The notes: generated from the letters alone by a model not told the origin. A stretch of DNA of 64,000 bases from Octopus vulgaris (GCA_951406725.2 OX597825.1:83390001-83454000); one strand, 5' to 3'. Shown: positions 40,366 through 56,093, numbered from the stretch's first letter. Program-made: numbers and translations.

Positions 40366-41638
40366 ATATGTGTATAAGTGGGTGTGCATGCATGTTTATA
40401 AGTATCTTGTATGTATATCTATTCTATTAATTAAATAGCCATTATTGCTACTTTTTGTCTAGCTCCAGGTCACACCTGATTGAGAGGACATACGATAAAC
40501 GCCAACCTAATTTTGACCCTCATGACTTTTCTATAAATTAAATGTATCTTGTGTCATATTGTCTAACGTGACATCGTTTCGAAGCCAGATTGGTGTAATT
40601 GGAGGGCGATTTGACTGCTTTGTTATGGATTTGTTGCATCATTAAATCCTCTGACAAAAAGAAACGCCTTGCTGTATGTATTCTCTTAGAATTTAGACCT
40701 ATCTGAGATTGACTTAGCTTTCGCAAGTCGGAGAACGATTTAATATAGTATCAATGCAAAATAAAATAGAACATGGTTATTAATCGAGGACATGAAAAGA
40801 AAGTTCCACTGAACAAGCGGAGAATTGAGAACTTTGGACAAAACAAGGTTGGAGAAATTCTTCGCGGGGGTTACGTTCAGATCGCACCAGCTACGAAACA
40901 AGTGCCAAGTTCATGGAGGCCAATTCTTCCCCCTTAGACAACATCGATGTTGTGTACTGCTGCTACTTGGGAAACTGACTGATTTTGGTGGGGCATAGAT
41001 AAAAAGACCTTGCTTAGGTGGTGGTCATTTGATACTAGAACTTTCCAGAGACATGTACATTGGACAACTCTTACATGTATGTGTGTGTGTGGTGAATTCA
41101 AGTAAACGAATGAAAAACGAAATAATGACGAAAAATAGCGGAGGTGGGGACGTGCACAGGAAGTGTATTAGCTTGATTCTCTGTAAAAAGTAGAGAGTTT
41201 AACGTTTAAAGTTTCCGTTGCTTCTTGTCGAAAAGGAAAAAGGAAAGAGTTCAAAGCAAATGGAGAAGAAATCGCCAACGGACCACACGCATACATATAT
41301 ATGTATGTGTGTTTGTGTGCGTGAGTGTGTATGTGCATATGTGCGTGTTTGCGAACGCGCATGATATCCCCATGTGACGAATTAACAAATGTGTTTCTGA
41401 GTTTCCTCGATCTGGCGATATTTCATCAGCAAAGCACACTATTTTCCATTCGTAACTAGAAACAAAATAATAATTCACGACACATTCGCCTCCCTTGTCC
41501 AACATCCACCATGTGTTACCTAGTTCTTCTAGTCTTCACTCATAATTTTCCATTGCTTCTTCCTTTGCTCTCAATTATCACGCACTAACACTTCCCTTTC
41601 TCTATCTGTCTCTCTTTCTCTCTCTCTCACTCTCTCTC

Positions 41639-41686
<48 letters not shown>

Positions 41687-43461
41687 CGACACCCCTTACA
41701 ATATAGCTATTCACAAACACCAGAATCCCTAATTTTCTGACCGATTTTACTCCCTGAGTCAGTTATACGTATCCTTTTAGTCACATCAAAAAACAATTTA
41801 TTACATATTTCGTCCGCCTATAGGACCCGGCTTTTCCAATATGATTCAGAGATTTAGTCTACTACGTTATGGTAGTCAAGCATGTACTGGTCAAATCTCT
41901 TCCTGTAATATCCTTTCGTCTTATAAAACGAAACACAAAGTCGAGTTTGAAAATTTACAGATGAAGAGAAAAACGAAAGGAAAATATGATTTTCGCTGTG
42001 ATTGATCAGGTTTGACCTGGGGCTAAACACTAGCACTGACTAAATAAAATAGATTTGTGTCTCCCGAAATTGAATGTGTGCCGGTAATTAGTAACATCAT
42101 ATACAGTGCACAGCAATTTGTTTGAAAATAATGATGGTAATTTGGCAATTAGGAACGAAATAAGCTCCTGCGTGATGGTAATTAATAAGGCCCAAAGACT
42201 AATGGTTTGGTACAGAAGAGAATAGAGGTGGGGTGGTGTAGTGATAGAACGTTGGTCTAATTGTATTTTGTATTCCTCATTTCTCGTCCAATATTCGGTC
42301 TTTCCCAATAAATATCAGTAATATACGGTGCGTGTGACTTGAGAAGATTATAATAATATTTCATAGTAAAGCGACTAATTATTGATTATTGAAATAAATC
42401 AAAGATAATATAAGGTGAAATACTATTATATTTTAGTCGATAACGACAATTCCAAGATTAAGAAATTTAATATATTTGATAGTAGATTCACAGTAGATAG
42501 AGGTGTATGATGTCATATGAATTATGAAGAATACTAATTAAAATTTGTGTTAATATAAGTTAAATGAGTTAACATTAGTAGAATGAAAGATTTTAAAATA
42601 TAGAAAATGTTGTCCCCTACCCTCCCGAATGATGACAAACGTTGCAACTCTCACCACAATGCAAAAACATTCGCTTCCTTCGTCTGTAATATGATTTCAA
42701 AATGGCTGACATGTTCGTTCGTATCATTTAGATTCTGAACATGTATCGAGCGAGATGATTGTGATTATGCTGCTTATACAAGCGGTTATCCTCTGTAATA
42801 TTTAGGATAGAGTTTTGTCAGTTATGTTATCTTATTGGCACATAATAGATTTGAATTGAGATCAGATTCATAATCCAGGAATTACATAATTTAATAAAAC
42901 GAAAATAATGAATAACAACAGTGAATTTAGAATCATTCTATAAGGTGAATGCAACAAATTATTCCAATATTGAAGTGTGCTGTCAGCGACCAGCGACCAG
43001 TGGTTGATACACAGGTTTCATTTCCTGCTGTTGTGCTACACGTGGCATACTCGAAATCCTTTCAAATTTCCGGCAATACTTAATATCCCGATGAGGGATA
43101 GCATTCGCCGGTTTGACGTGACTTTTCTATACACCATATTGCCGAAAATATGGCTATGAAAAGACGCCGAGGTAGGGACATACAAAACAATACAAAGAGT
43201 TCAGATAAACAAACAATAAACACGGTCTGTTTGTAAAGTTGTGTATTTGACAAACAAGTGAGAACTGATCGGGTCTGGTTCGACCCCAGGGTATATTCGA
43301 TAGGTAACATTTACCATACCCTAGCGACAGCAACAAAAGTTTTAAAGATTTATGAGTAAATTTTACATTCCGGAAGTTGGACTGTAAAGAAACGCGTCTT
43401 AAGTTCACATATGTAAACACACACACACACGTACGTACGTACGCATGCGCATACAGATGGG

Positions 43462-43516
<55 letters not shown>

Positions 43517-43722
43517 TTAGATAGATAGATAGATAGATAGGTAGGTGGATACATACAAATATACATACATACATACATACATACATACATACATACATAC
43601 ATACATGCATGCATACATACATACATGCATACATACATACATACATACATACATACATACATACATACATACATACATACATACATACATACATACATAC
43701 ATACATACATACATACATACAT
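43462..43722. repeat. (GATA)n(CATA)n microsatellite
   Basis: Directly visible. Confidence 0.95.
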
Positions 43723-43919
43723 AGGAAGAGTTTACGAGAAAAACAAAAGATGAAGACAGGTGGTGTACAAAACAAACAGATGTATTAGTATAACGCTCAG
43801 GAATAGAAAAAAATCTTTTACGTTTCGAGCCTACGCTCTTCTACAGAAAGGGACACAGAAAAAACAAAGCGAGAAACAAGGAGAGAAAAAATGTGTGTAG
43901 TGGCTAACGATCTATCATG
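43723..43919 (-). mobile_element. Short non-coding PLE-type terminal remnant with hammerhead-like core (43815-43850), inserted in (CATA)n
   Basis: Minus strand reads CTTT-CTGTAGAA-GAGC-gtag-GCTC-GAAACG-TA-AAAG; CATA repeats on both sides; truncated relative at ~60107-60155 (GAAGACAGGTG). Confidence 0.6.
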
Positions 43920-44616
43920 CATACATACATCAGAGGCAGAAAATGGAACTCACTAGATTCTTTACTGAAACCCACTCCAATTGTTCCTGAATTTATATCT
44001 CAAAGACGAGTGGCTGTACAACCAATTCTCTTGGAACACATGGGCAAATTGTGTACCCTCAACTCCGTGTGACTTTCTAGACAAGTACCTCGTTCTTTCT
44101 GTTCTGCATTTTACCCATCTCTATTACGATTTAATTATAGATTGTCCACTACATTCCAGCGGTTCTCGTATAAAATTGAGGGAAGCCAGACACTTCTTCA
44201 AAAATAAACTGGTAAAAACATTGATACACAAAAATACAAAACACGAAACTTACATACAAGTACATCAAAAACCAAATCGGACATAAATAGCTTGTGCAAT
44301 CAGGATAAAAGCCATGGATCAGTTTCTGACATAGTTCCTCTACGGAATGTCGAAAAAGAGGAAGAGAGTCGAGGAGAAACAGGAAGAGGAAGAAAGCACT
44401 AAGAGCGATGAAGAATAAAGCGAGAGAATGCACGTGTAGTTTAATCACTATCATTAGTTGTGTGTATGTGTGTGTATGCATACATACATACGCAAGTATA
44501 TATATACATATACATATGTATATATGAGTATATATATATGTGTATATACATACACACATACATATAAATATCTAAACATATATATATATGCATATATATA
44601 TATATATATATGTATG

Positions 44617-44684
<68 letters not shown>

Positions 44685-44858
44685 TATATAGTTAATTAAG
44701 CATACGGCACAGTCTCCCACCTGCGAAGGATCGATGCTACATGAATCGAAATTGTTCCGCGATCAATAAAGTTTTTCGTATATTCTATCTTACGTCTTTC
44801 TCATTAATTATAAGAACATATATATACATATATATATACATATATATACATATATATG

Positions 44859-44927
<69 letters not shown>

Positions 44928-45001
44928 GTATATATATAAATCTACCTATCTATCTATCCATCTATCTATCTATCTATCTATGTATCTATCTACTCCTCTC
45001 C

Positions 45002-45054
<53 letters not shown>

Positions 45055-45481
45055 AATCAAAATTACTTATATTACTCCCCATTACCTGCGGTAGTTTCCT
45101 TCTATTACTGTCAAACTTTGGAAAATAACGATTGCTTTATCGACCGTACTTGGGGCATCGGATCATAGATATATCCTTTTTCTGCCAACCTCCCAATTCA
45201 AAGGTAGACAGTTTTACCTTTTGCGAGGTTAACTAAGTAACTCCCATGTTCAATAATTGAGAAGGCTATAATTGTCAAACAGAAAGTTTTGATGACGATG
45301 TTCCGGCAAAGATTCCGTCTTACGAGTCTTACGAGTCTTACTTAATATATTGGCTCATCCCATAAACAATAGGGTTTTTGCCATCGCATGAAATATAAGC
45401 CAAAAAGACGACGGGATAAACTACCTGCATCAACTTTCTATAAAAGCTGGTCGTAATTTTACCTAGTCATTATTCTTCATC

Positions 45482-45519
<38 letters not shown>

Positions 45520-45771
45520 TAAAAAATTGTGAAGCATGATTGTCACCACTACTACATGAACACCTAAAGATTGCATAATTTAATGCATGAAAGTACTATT
45601 TCAATCAGAATGAACATTTAACATTCTACTATTTTATTTTATTCTATTATATTATATTATCTTATATTATATCATTATAAGATTGTAAATAAAACGTGAA
45701 AATCAGACAAGGTTGGAATTCCTTTTATTAATATATTCTTCTATACACAATCACACACACCCGTATATATA

Positions 45772-45823
<52 letters not shown>

Positions 45824-45849
45824 TATATATGCTTGGGTAGCACCCATTA

Positions 45850-46071
45850 TGTGACGAGAACAAGTGTTTCAGTTGATCCCATTGTGAAGTGAAATTAACT
45901 TGCAAGTGTCTGACAAAGCGGAATTACAGATACATTTCATTTTTGTCGGCTGCGTAACTCTGGACCAACGTGACATGAAGTGTTTTGAACAGGAACAGAA
46001 GGCGTGGCCAGGAATCAAGCTCACGTCCTTACGATCGTAAACCAAATATCCTAACCACTGAGCTATGCGCC
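45850..46071 (-). mobile_element. Family C SINE, diverged
   Basis: Minus strand GGCGCATAGCTCAGTGGTTAGG head; GATCAACTGAAACAC tail shared with ~27275-27290. Confidence 0.6.
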
Positions 46072-46474
46072 GTCAAAAAAAAAAACACGATATTAGTCAT
46101 AGTAAAATATACTATGTCATCGACCATTTAAATTATATTTTCAGGAATGAATACGGATAATGACAGAAAGTAATACAAGAATAAAGGTATGACACATATC
46201 TATATTTATGAAAAATAAATGGACATTCAGGAATTTTTTTGGAGTAAAATTTCAAGTCCCAAGTGTTGAGAAATACAAACAATAATTGTTGTCTTATAGC
46301 GAGTTCTTGATTGAATACAACATAAAGCATACACTTAAAAACCATAAACGTAGAATCACAGAAACACGCGCGCACACAGACATACGTAACATCATATGAA
46401 TGCAATTCAACACACACGCCCGCACACACAGATACAATGTTCGTAGAACACTCACAATCCAGTGATCACGGTGC

Positions 46475-46564
<90 letters not shown>

Positions 46565-46587
46565 AATTATATACATATATACATATA

Positions 46588-46627
<40 letters not shown>

Positions 46628-46703
46628 TATATATATAGGCATTTATATTGTGTTACAATATAAACGATTTCAAAATATCGCTATTTGGTTTGACTCTATT
46701 ATT

Positions 46704-46760
<57 letters not shown>

Positions 46761-47327
46761 TGCATACATAGACACCCGCGCATACAGTCACATTACATAT
46801 ATCCACATAAATTCAAATAATGCGTGCCTGTCAGTCGTGTTTTTGTAATAAAATATCTTTTTGTCACCATACTAAATGAAAATGAAAAAAAAACAAACAA
46901 AAAGCAAAATAGTGCCTACTCAAACTTCGAGAAATGTTTTTTTTTAAATACTTTTTAAAATAATCCATTCTTGGTCATTCTATTATTTCTTGAAGATATC
47001 AATTGATTCCGGTTTTATCAAGATTGACATTTGTGTAAATTCCCTCGGTAATGTTCCTGGTAGGCTTTTGTTTCAATATGGTTTATTTAGATTTCTATTT
47101 GGCTGGCGAATTAAACTTTTAAAAAGCACTTAAATTTGCATACGTGTGTGGGTGTATGTGTTTGTGTGTGTGTTGTGTGTTTGTCTTTTTGCGTATATGC
47201 TTATGTATACACACATATACACACATAGATAAATACATACATGCATACATACATTTATACATTCATACATACATACATGCATACATATATACATATATAC
47301 ATACATACCGTGTCCTATGTTTAGTTA

Positions 47328-48199
47328 TTGGGTTGTGGGATAAACTCGTTCGTTTCCTTCCAGTGATATTTAAATTAACAGTTCACGCGAAAAATATGTC
47401 GTAGAAATTTCTTGACATTTTTTCCCTGTACAAGTTTTGTTTCTTGCTTTTGAAATATGAATAAATTTACCTTTTTTCATGGACAATGATGGAGTTCTAA
47501 CTTTTCGAAGCCTGCACTTTTCGTTTTCAGTCAAACTACCAAGGCTACCAAATCTGTTTGAGGCATTAATTCTCTCTATGGAGAACTTACTATTTTTGTC
47601 AGAACTGCATAAAAATAATTTTCAAGATTCGACGAACGGAATTCGCCCTTGGCAGATTCTCTGAATTCCGCTCCATATATTCAGATCAACAGAGATCAGT
47701 CGAAGGATGTCATCCATGAGGATCCGTGCCGATCCATTGGGATATTAGACCAGAAGATGGGATAATTTCATGATAATGTCGCTCGTCACCTTTACTCTAT
47801 TAGTAAGATCCAAAATCTCCCTGCATCTGTGCCGCATATTTTTAACGAAGGACACAAATGTTATCCTTTAAAATTATTGACCGTGTACTTAAATCAGAAA
47901 CAATTAAGTTAAAGGTATCGTTTGTGTCATCGATCTCATTTCGTAACACCGTAACCGTCGAACACTTTTCGTAACAAGCAAAATAGCATGAAACACTGGA
48001 AACAGGCAATATTCTGAGCGGGAAATCTAGCGGTTTGATCTTTCAGATTTATAGTTCACTTGATCAATCGCATCTGACGGATAACCTTAAACGTGGTTGA
48101 TCTAGTTCGAAGAAATATCTCTTCAGACCAGAAAAATTTGGTCATTTTACTGCTGCTGTCTATTACAAAAAATTAAACGGTTTATCACAAGATCTCAAC
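47328..48199 (+). mobile_element. Highly decayed, internally deleted mariner element
   Basis: Weak TIRs (TTGGGTTGTGGGATAAAC / GTTTATCACAAGATCTCAA). Traces of a WF.RF..G.F.L.D-like HTH (~47620), FHDN.ARH (~47766) and a YSPDL-like motif (~48050). Confidence 0.4.
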
Positions 48200-48294
48200 T
48201 CCAATGAAGAGTATGACTAAAGAATCCTACCACACACACAGACACAGTCACACGCACATACGGTTCAAAATTACGCTTATACATACAGACACGC

Positions 48295-48639
<345 letters not shown>

Positions 48640-49049
48640 TGCTCCGGAAAACAAAGGACAACAAAACAAAATAAATAATTTCTTTAGCAAATGTTTGATA
48701 TTGATCTTCCGCCGAATGATTCAGAAACCGAAGATTAAAAGAAATATATCGATAGTTCATGAATAGCAAAATAAAATACAAATCTTTCTTAGATAAATTT
48801 ACTGAAAAAATTCTGTCAAAGTAATTTTATTTCGCTGATTTTGATTTCGTCGTAAACAAGTGTTATACTAATACATTATGGACGTCAGACATATTGGGAT
48901 GCGTATCTAAATCTAGTATTTACCACGTCCTAGAAATAGAGGAGGAAATTTACTCTAAACTAAAATCTATTCGCAAAAGTGGAGTGCATTTAACGGTTAT
49001 GGTGGGGTACACTATGACTGGTCTACCTTTAATCTTACAAAGTTTCAAA

Positions 49050-49855
49050 ATTAGTGAATATAAGGTAACGAAAGTTATAACCGTTGTTGAGTGAAAGCAA
49101 TAGCCTAGCAGATGAAAGTATAAATATATATTTCTTTACTACCCACAAGGGGCTAAACATAGAGGGGACAAACAAAGACAGACAAAGGGATTAAGTCGAT
49201 TACATAGACCCCAGTGCGAAACTGGTACTTTATTTATCGACCCAGAAAGGATGAAAGGCAAAGTAGACCTCGGCGGAATTTGAACTCAGAACGTAACGGC
49301 AGACGAAATACGGCTACGCATTTCGCCCGGCGTGCTAACGTTTCTGCCAGCTCGCCGCTGGCGATGAAAGTATAAATATAGTCGTGACTGGGCAAGTAAA
49401 AGAATGCATTGGGATGTTAGCAGAGTGTCAGGTTTTAAAATAGCAGAAAAGTTGTGCAAAGGAATACATAAGCAGACTTACGGGATTTTATGTGTGTTTT
49501 CTATTTTGCCTACCCGTAATATCGAAGAAAGAAGACCTAATACAGTTATACAGAATAAAATAATCAAACAGCGTAAGCTCATCGATTTTGCAGTACAATA
49601 AAGATGGTACCAAAGAAACTGAAAAACAAATGAGAAATATCAGGACTAAAGCAGAAAGTTGAAGAGATTGTGGAAGTCTAAGACGAAAACCATTCTTGTG
49701 GTAATTGGTGCACCTGGAACTACACCAAACATCTAAGAGGCTCAAGGACACTACAGTTAAGATTCTCTTGGTCAATCTGCAGAAAAGAGTAATTTGGTAT
49801 TCTGTAAGCATACAAAAATACAATAAATATCCCTGCAAGAAGTTCTCATGATAAT
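49050..49855 (+). pseudogene. Decayed R4/Dong-type LINE C-terminus (CCHC + restriction-like endonuclease), interrupted by a SINE
   Basis: YK.(R)HD-like, HW, RRPNTVI...LIDFAV, KETEK, LKRLW...ILVVIGAPG correspond to RRPD...IID...KE.EK..KY...LW...VPVVIGALG. Confidence 0.7.
49129..49358 (-). mobile_element. Family A SINE with an 18-bp TSD
   Basis: TSD GATGAAAGTATAAATATA at 49111-49128 and 49363-49380. Confidence 0.9.
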
Positions 49856-52800
49856 AGTTACCGTTTTAGGCCTAATAGCAACGATTGTTCGGGGTGGGAG
49901 AGGATTAGTTGGTACTATAGAATTCAAGGATTCACTGATACTATGTTTTATCAATCCATAGATGAATAAAAGACAAATTTAAGCTCGCTGTGGTTTCAAG
50001 ATTGTGATTTGGAGACGGGTTTTTGTCTGCTCTTAAAGAATTATCCGGAGCAAGTGAAATCCAGATCTGTGAAAAGTGACGATCTTGTATTATAAACAAG
50101 GAGCGGATCTTCGTCTATTAGAGGGAAAGAAAGAAGGGTTAAATCAAAATATACATCACAATGTATTTTTAGAAGTGGAGAAAGAATTGTTGTCGAGTTT
50201 GTGTGTGTGTGTGTGTTAGATAAATAGATAGATAGATGGATAAATATGTCGGTTGGTAGGTAGGTGGTATTGACCACAGAGTAAATTACATATTTTAATT
50301 AAAACGCAGGAATTTAAAGTGCAAGTCTGTCAACAAAATGAAACACAGCTTCAAAAACAAAAAAAAACGTTCATGATATAACAATATACTTAACTAATAT
50401 TCGGTAGTTTGTGTGTGTGTTTCTCGGTGTGTGTGTGTGGGGGGGTGAAATGTAGAAGAGTTAGATTCCTGTCACCATAGTAACTAACGTGACTTTCACT
50501 GTATAACAGACGAGTATTAAAGAGGGCGTGTGCTTGATTTATAAGCATTTGTACCGCCTGCATAGCGACGGTGTAAGGCGTAGTAATAATGATAATCGTA
50601 TTTAAAAGAAAAATGTTATACGCCTCTGACAAAGAAGAAATATCGGTTAATGTTTCTTATGTTACGCAATAGAAAGTTTTCGGTGGAAGACAGCAACGCT
50701 TTAATTTTTGTCAAAGATTTCACTTCAAGTTTCAAAAGATGCTTTTGGGGTGACTGTTTATTTTTAATTTGAAACAATAAATTAAATAAACTACCGATAA
50801 ACACAACACTACAAAAACAAAAGGCAAGGACAATTATATCATAATCAATTCAGACACAGTTCATTTATTCCCAAACCATAATGAATTTAACATAATTTTT
50901 GTTTATGAGAGCCAAAGTAAATATGAGTCAAGAAACAAAAATACGAAACAAGACAACACAAAATCAAAAACAATAACAAGAGAGAACACAACATCCACGA
51001 CGATACAGCGACAAACACGACGTAGATGACTCATGGGAAATATTTTCTCACTAACTGCAGGAATTTTTTATAGTATTTTAGGCTACACATAGTAGGGCCT
51101 CAAATACTTTTGCCTGCTGCATATAATCAAGAGATTAGTGAACTGAATTTGCTTCTTAGATAAGGAATATATCGCATTTCTTCCTCGTTGTTTTTCATTT
51201 AACCCAAAAAATCATACAGCTAGTGCATTTCAGAAAAGTACCATATTTCCTGGAACTGACAGCTTGATTCCATCATATACTTATGTGTGCCACGCACACG
51301 CGAATATCTATACATGTGTGTGTGTTTGTGTGTGTGTGTGTGAGTGTGTCGCTGTATCTCTGCATTTTTACGCATGCAAACCGTATCGGAAGCTCCCCAT
51401 CACATTCATATGCACATACATGCAAGTAATTAGACACGCGTGAGCGCGCGCACATACACACCCATACACACATACATACCACACATGATCACGAAAATAA
51501 CATTGATATGTATAGTTCCTACTAGGAGCTTAGTAGGAACATTAATTTGCAGACATCATTAGTGATAGCGTCTCTGATATAGAACGTCATGAGCATTTGT
51601 CCTTTCGACACACCCTGTTGCTTACAAAACATGTTTTTTCCGAAATTAGCAATACACTATTGAAACACAGGACTTAGTACAGGGAGCCAAAAAATTGGAT
51701 ACTCTGACTGCCGTATGTGACTGAATGTCAGTGAGATCCAATTTTCAGACAAGCAAACGTCCAAAGAATGATACTAAGAAAGCTGCCAAAATGTTATTGA
51801 GCATTGTACAGCGGAATATCAGAAATCTTTTGGAAGGAGCTTCTTGTTTTGATAGCAAGGCTATCAAAACATTTTATAGTGAGACTTTATGCAACACTCA
51901 TTTTTTTCTCCCAGGAGAGATCATCTGGAAAAAATAGAATGTAGTCAGACATATTTTGGAGGATAAACGCGAAAGGAAAAAAATATGTTGGCTTGAAATC
52001 AAATCTACCATTGTTGCAAAAATATCATAATTTCTCTAAAGTAAAGAAGACGCATTATTATATTGAAGATGCATCTAAAGAAGCAGAAATTAATGGATTT
52101 CATATGCTTCCATATTAGACACGCCATGCCTGGAATATAACGCATAGCCTTTGTATGAGATGTTACATTATATCATCTCAAACATTTCTCATATTGAAAT
52201 GGTTCTACTGATTTGAGACATTAATCCCACAGAAGGGGCCGATTCTGATGCTTGTTCTTGTGTGTTTGGTGAGCATGGTGTAGATAATATGAATTTCTCT
52301 GGGCTGAGTCTGATGCTCTTTACGAATGCAGTCGATGATTTTGTGACAAGCACAACGTTCCAACTACGAAATAACCTTCATACAACCGAGGAACAACCTT
52401 GGCCGAATTCGTTATATTTAATTGATTACAAAAGCAACGAAAAACGTGATAAACTATCCTTTTCACTCGCTCATTCCATGTCATATGTTCGCAATCAGAT
52501 CAATTTTTCACGCAGTAAATTACTTTTAATATCTTGGGTAGACACCAACATGAAAATATCAAAGCAATGGCGTGTTTAAATGCCAAGTCACTTAAGAATG
52601 AGGATAAGAAGCATAAGAAATCAATACAATTAGGTGCAGTTTCTTGAAATATAGATATCAGATAAAACGAACTATCTTGAAGAAGATACTTCAAGAAATC
52701 TAAGTCTTCTACTTACTATTCGATAAGTGGATTGCTTCATTGCAAACATTGAGATTGGTTCGACGAGAACATTAAAATAGAGTCAATATCAAATAGATTG

Positions 52801-53429
52801 TACACCTAAAAAAATTGTAGCTGCGGGGGTAAAAATCCCTGCTTAATGTGGAAGACACTTCACCTTCTGCTCAAACAGATTAATAAAAATGGTTTTATGA
52901 CGCATGAAAGAGACATCGAGGGTAGAATACAGCAAGTAGAATTCAGAGGGCAGAAGATAACTAGGATGCTATTAAAGCTTTCAGGGAAGGCATTAAATAG
53001 ATTTATAGATACCAGAATTCTGGTTTATATGTCGTGGTGCAAATGACACGGAATCACTGCTTTAAAAAGTGACATTTGGACATTGTACTATTCTGGATTT
53101 CGGGAAATTTACGATTGAGAACCAAGTAACCAAGTAATTTATTTATACTGCTACTTTAGATATATGAAATAAAACAGAAAACACGCGGATCAGAAAGAAG
53201 CCTTAGTACTTAGGAAAAGTATATAAGATGGAAGAAGATATTGCATTACCCTATATTCGTTATTTAATGTTTCTGTTTAACGCTTCTATTTTATTTCGAG
53301 AAAGAGCCTCCTTATTAAATGCAAAGTAAAAAGCAGAAGAATATTTGAGATGAAAAGTGTTATTATCTGCTGGCCATTCTTGTGTGTTGAGATAAATTCT
53401 AAAAATCAATTTTGTCTCTCTTCATTTCG

Positions 53430-53580
53430 GTGTTGTTGTTTGTTCCTACTCATAAGGGCCAGTTTCCCGGTTTCTTGGCGTATATGTTCCCCACCTGGAC
53501 GGGACGCCGGTCCGTCGTAGAAAGCCTAGCCAGGCTCATGGGCCCAGTTTCTCAGCTGGATGGGACGCCAGTCCATCGTG
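53430..53580 (-). mobile_element. V-SINE-like fragment, duplicated
   Basis: Minus strand CGATGGACTGGCGTCCCATCCAG and CGACGGACCGGCGTCCCGTCCAGG resemble the V-domain core. Confidence 0.5.
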
Positions 53581-53694
53581 CCTCCACTTTCATTTCGGGG
53601 TCAATAAAATAAAGTACTAGTCAACTACTGAAGTAAATTTAAGATAAATGCCCCTCATTTAATTGATGGCCTTCTGCAGACATTAGAAAGCACG

Positions 53695-53784
<90 letters not shown>
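53695..53784. repeat. (ATT)n microsatellite
   Basis: Directly visible. Confidence 0.95.
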
Positions 53785-53787
<3 letters not shown>

Positions 53788-55818
53788 ATCATTGTTGTTA
53801 ACGGTATACATTTTTTTACATTATTCCAAGTCTTCCGGATCACCTTAGCTGAACATATCGTTATTCATTTCCAGTATATTTGTAAATTTCTTCAATGGAT
53901 ATCATTCAACGTAAACCGACGGTCACGTGTGATAATTTACAATACATTTATAGATATTTAGTTTCATTGGTAACTAAGACCAGAGATGGCATTTTGGTGA
54001 TAAAGATATGATGGAACATTGTGAAAATACATCGTAGAATAAATATTAAAAATATTAACAAATCTAATGCAGAATATGACGGAAGAAGTAGAAGCTTTGT
54101 TAAATGGTCATATTTTCATGGTTATTTACTCTCCATCGTTTTAATTCTATCTGAGCTGATTTATTTAACGACGTCGATACGTCTATTAGTGAACAGCAGA
54201 GCTGGCTGGGAATTGCTATCTAGTAAAACAATCTTTTCGTTTCAACTGTCGTTTGTTGTCACTTCACTGGTTGGTAATTGCATTATTCAACATATTTACC
54301 TCTACAGAGTAATAACAAAGCTATAGTTCGTTCAAAGGAAGCGCCAGGGTTACATCCACACCATTATTGCCATTTCATATATGAAGGATTCAAATTTCCG
54401 CCATTGACAATACACTACAAGTACTTCAGCTGAGATGACTTCAAAAGGCTTTGATCTATTCAAATACATTCATAAGAAATACTAATGAGACACAGGTGTG
54501 AAACGTACAAATAATTTCAACATGAGCATGAAGGAGATATGACATGTCAAATATTGTCTACGCCTGTGAAAACATTAATAAAGCAAGCCATTAAGAATCA
54601 TGAATTTCTATGACATTACATAACCATGTTACGAGCGGCAGAGAGTTAATGAACAGCTACAGACTTTTAATGTCAACTGGGAAATGTCTTTAACATTATT
54701 AGCAATAGTAATTTTACCATGTATTCGCATTTATCTATTAGCAGTAGAGCTAGAAATGTTTCCACCTGTAGATTATATGTAACAGAAAAAGCAAACAATA
54801 TATTAGTGTTCTGGTAAAACATTGGAAGAAATGCAACGTTTTTTCTCTCTGTTAAAGCTATAAAAACTTATATAACTCACTTGTCTAAATAACTAGTTTC
54901 TTTTATAAGTTCCGGAATAATATATTGGAATAACATTTGGTAAGAACATTTATTACAAAAAAGCTGTAAAAGAGGCCCTGTGATTATCCGTACACTCCGC
55001 GTTAGCTGTACTAAAACTCAATTATATCGTATGAAACAAAGCGCTTTCTTGAATTTAAACAATATGGGTGTTGTGTTCTTAAATCAAAATCTAAATAAAT
55101 ATGTTGCTTCGATTTAACCCCGGAACAAGTTTAATTGAATTATTTGTTTTAACGCTTACCATCATTATCCACAATGTTTTTTTTTATATATATTTTACTG
55201 TGCTAAGGAAACTTTAACTTCTATTTATAGCAGGTGAAGCCAGCACGGCAAGTTACTGTCATTGGCTCATTTTAATAAATAGCATTTTTTTTATTTTACA
55301 TGACTATCTTTGAACAAGTGATGATGCGGTCGAAGCATAATTATCTGCGTTATTTTGAAGTCACAATTTATATTGATTCTTCTTCTGTTAATGGCTTTAA
55401 TTATTTTCTAAATATTATGCTTTGGAGAAGTGAACTAAAGGATTGAAATATGCTTCCACTTATTAAAACTGATAAGAATAACATGGAATTGAAAATTTCC
55501 TTAGAATGAATTTAACATCTTAACACTTTAATCTTTAATTTGCGAGATGATGGAATTTACATTTTCGGATATAATCTATTAGATGATTCGCATGGATAAT
55601 GAATAAGAAATGAATTGATTGAGGCAAGTTCCATTACAGGAAGCTGATACGGCGGAGATAATATGGTTACTTGAAATATGCAACTTTGCTATCTTTGCAT
55701 ACAAACAGCTGATAGAAACATAATTGAACACACACACATACACACACGCGCAAAAACATATATATACACAAACATAAATAAACACGCACACACACATATA
55801 TATATATACTGAATGTGC

Positions 55819-55855
<37 letters not shown>

Positions 55856-56020
55856 TGTATATATGTGTGTGTGTGTGTATGTAAATATATATACAAAAAG
55901 CTATACTTATACACACATATATATATGCGGTGTACATAATGCACACACAGATATATATATATATACGTATGTATGTATATATATCTTTACACACACACAC
56001 ACACAGACACACACACACAC

Positions 56021-56093
<73 letters not shown>

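Noticed and set aside
41683-42104. Possible solo LTR (TG...CA, TATA-like and AATAAA motifs)
   Set aside because: No TSD and no second copy in the window.
43365-43402. GAAACGCGTC, a typical hammerhead 3' half
   Set aside because: No CUGANGA core or stem II upstream.
51515-51540. 10-bp stem palindrome GTTCCTACTA/TAGTAGGAAC
   Set aside because: Isolated and short; could arise by chance or local slippage.
51590-53100. Possible very old non-LTR RT relic
   Set aside because: Only vague motif echoes (LSLMLF); cannot be supported without a translated search.
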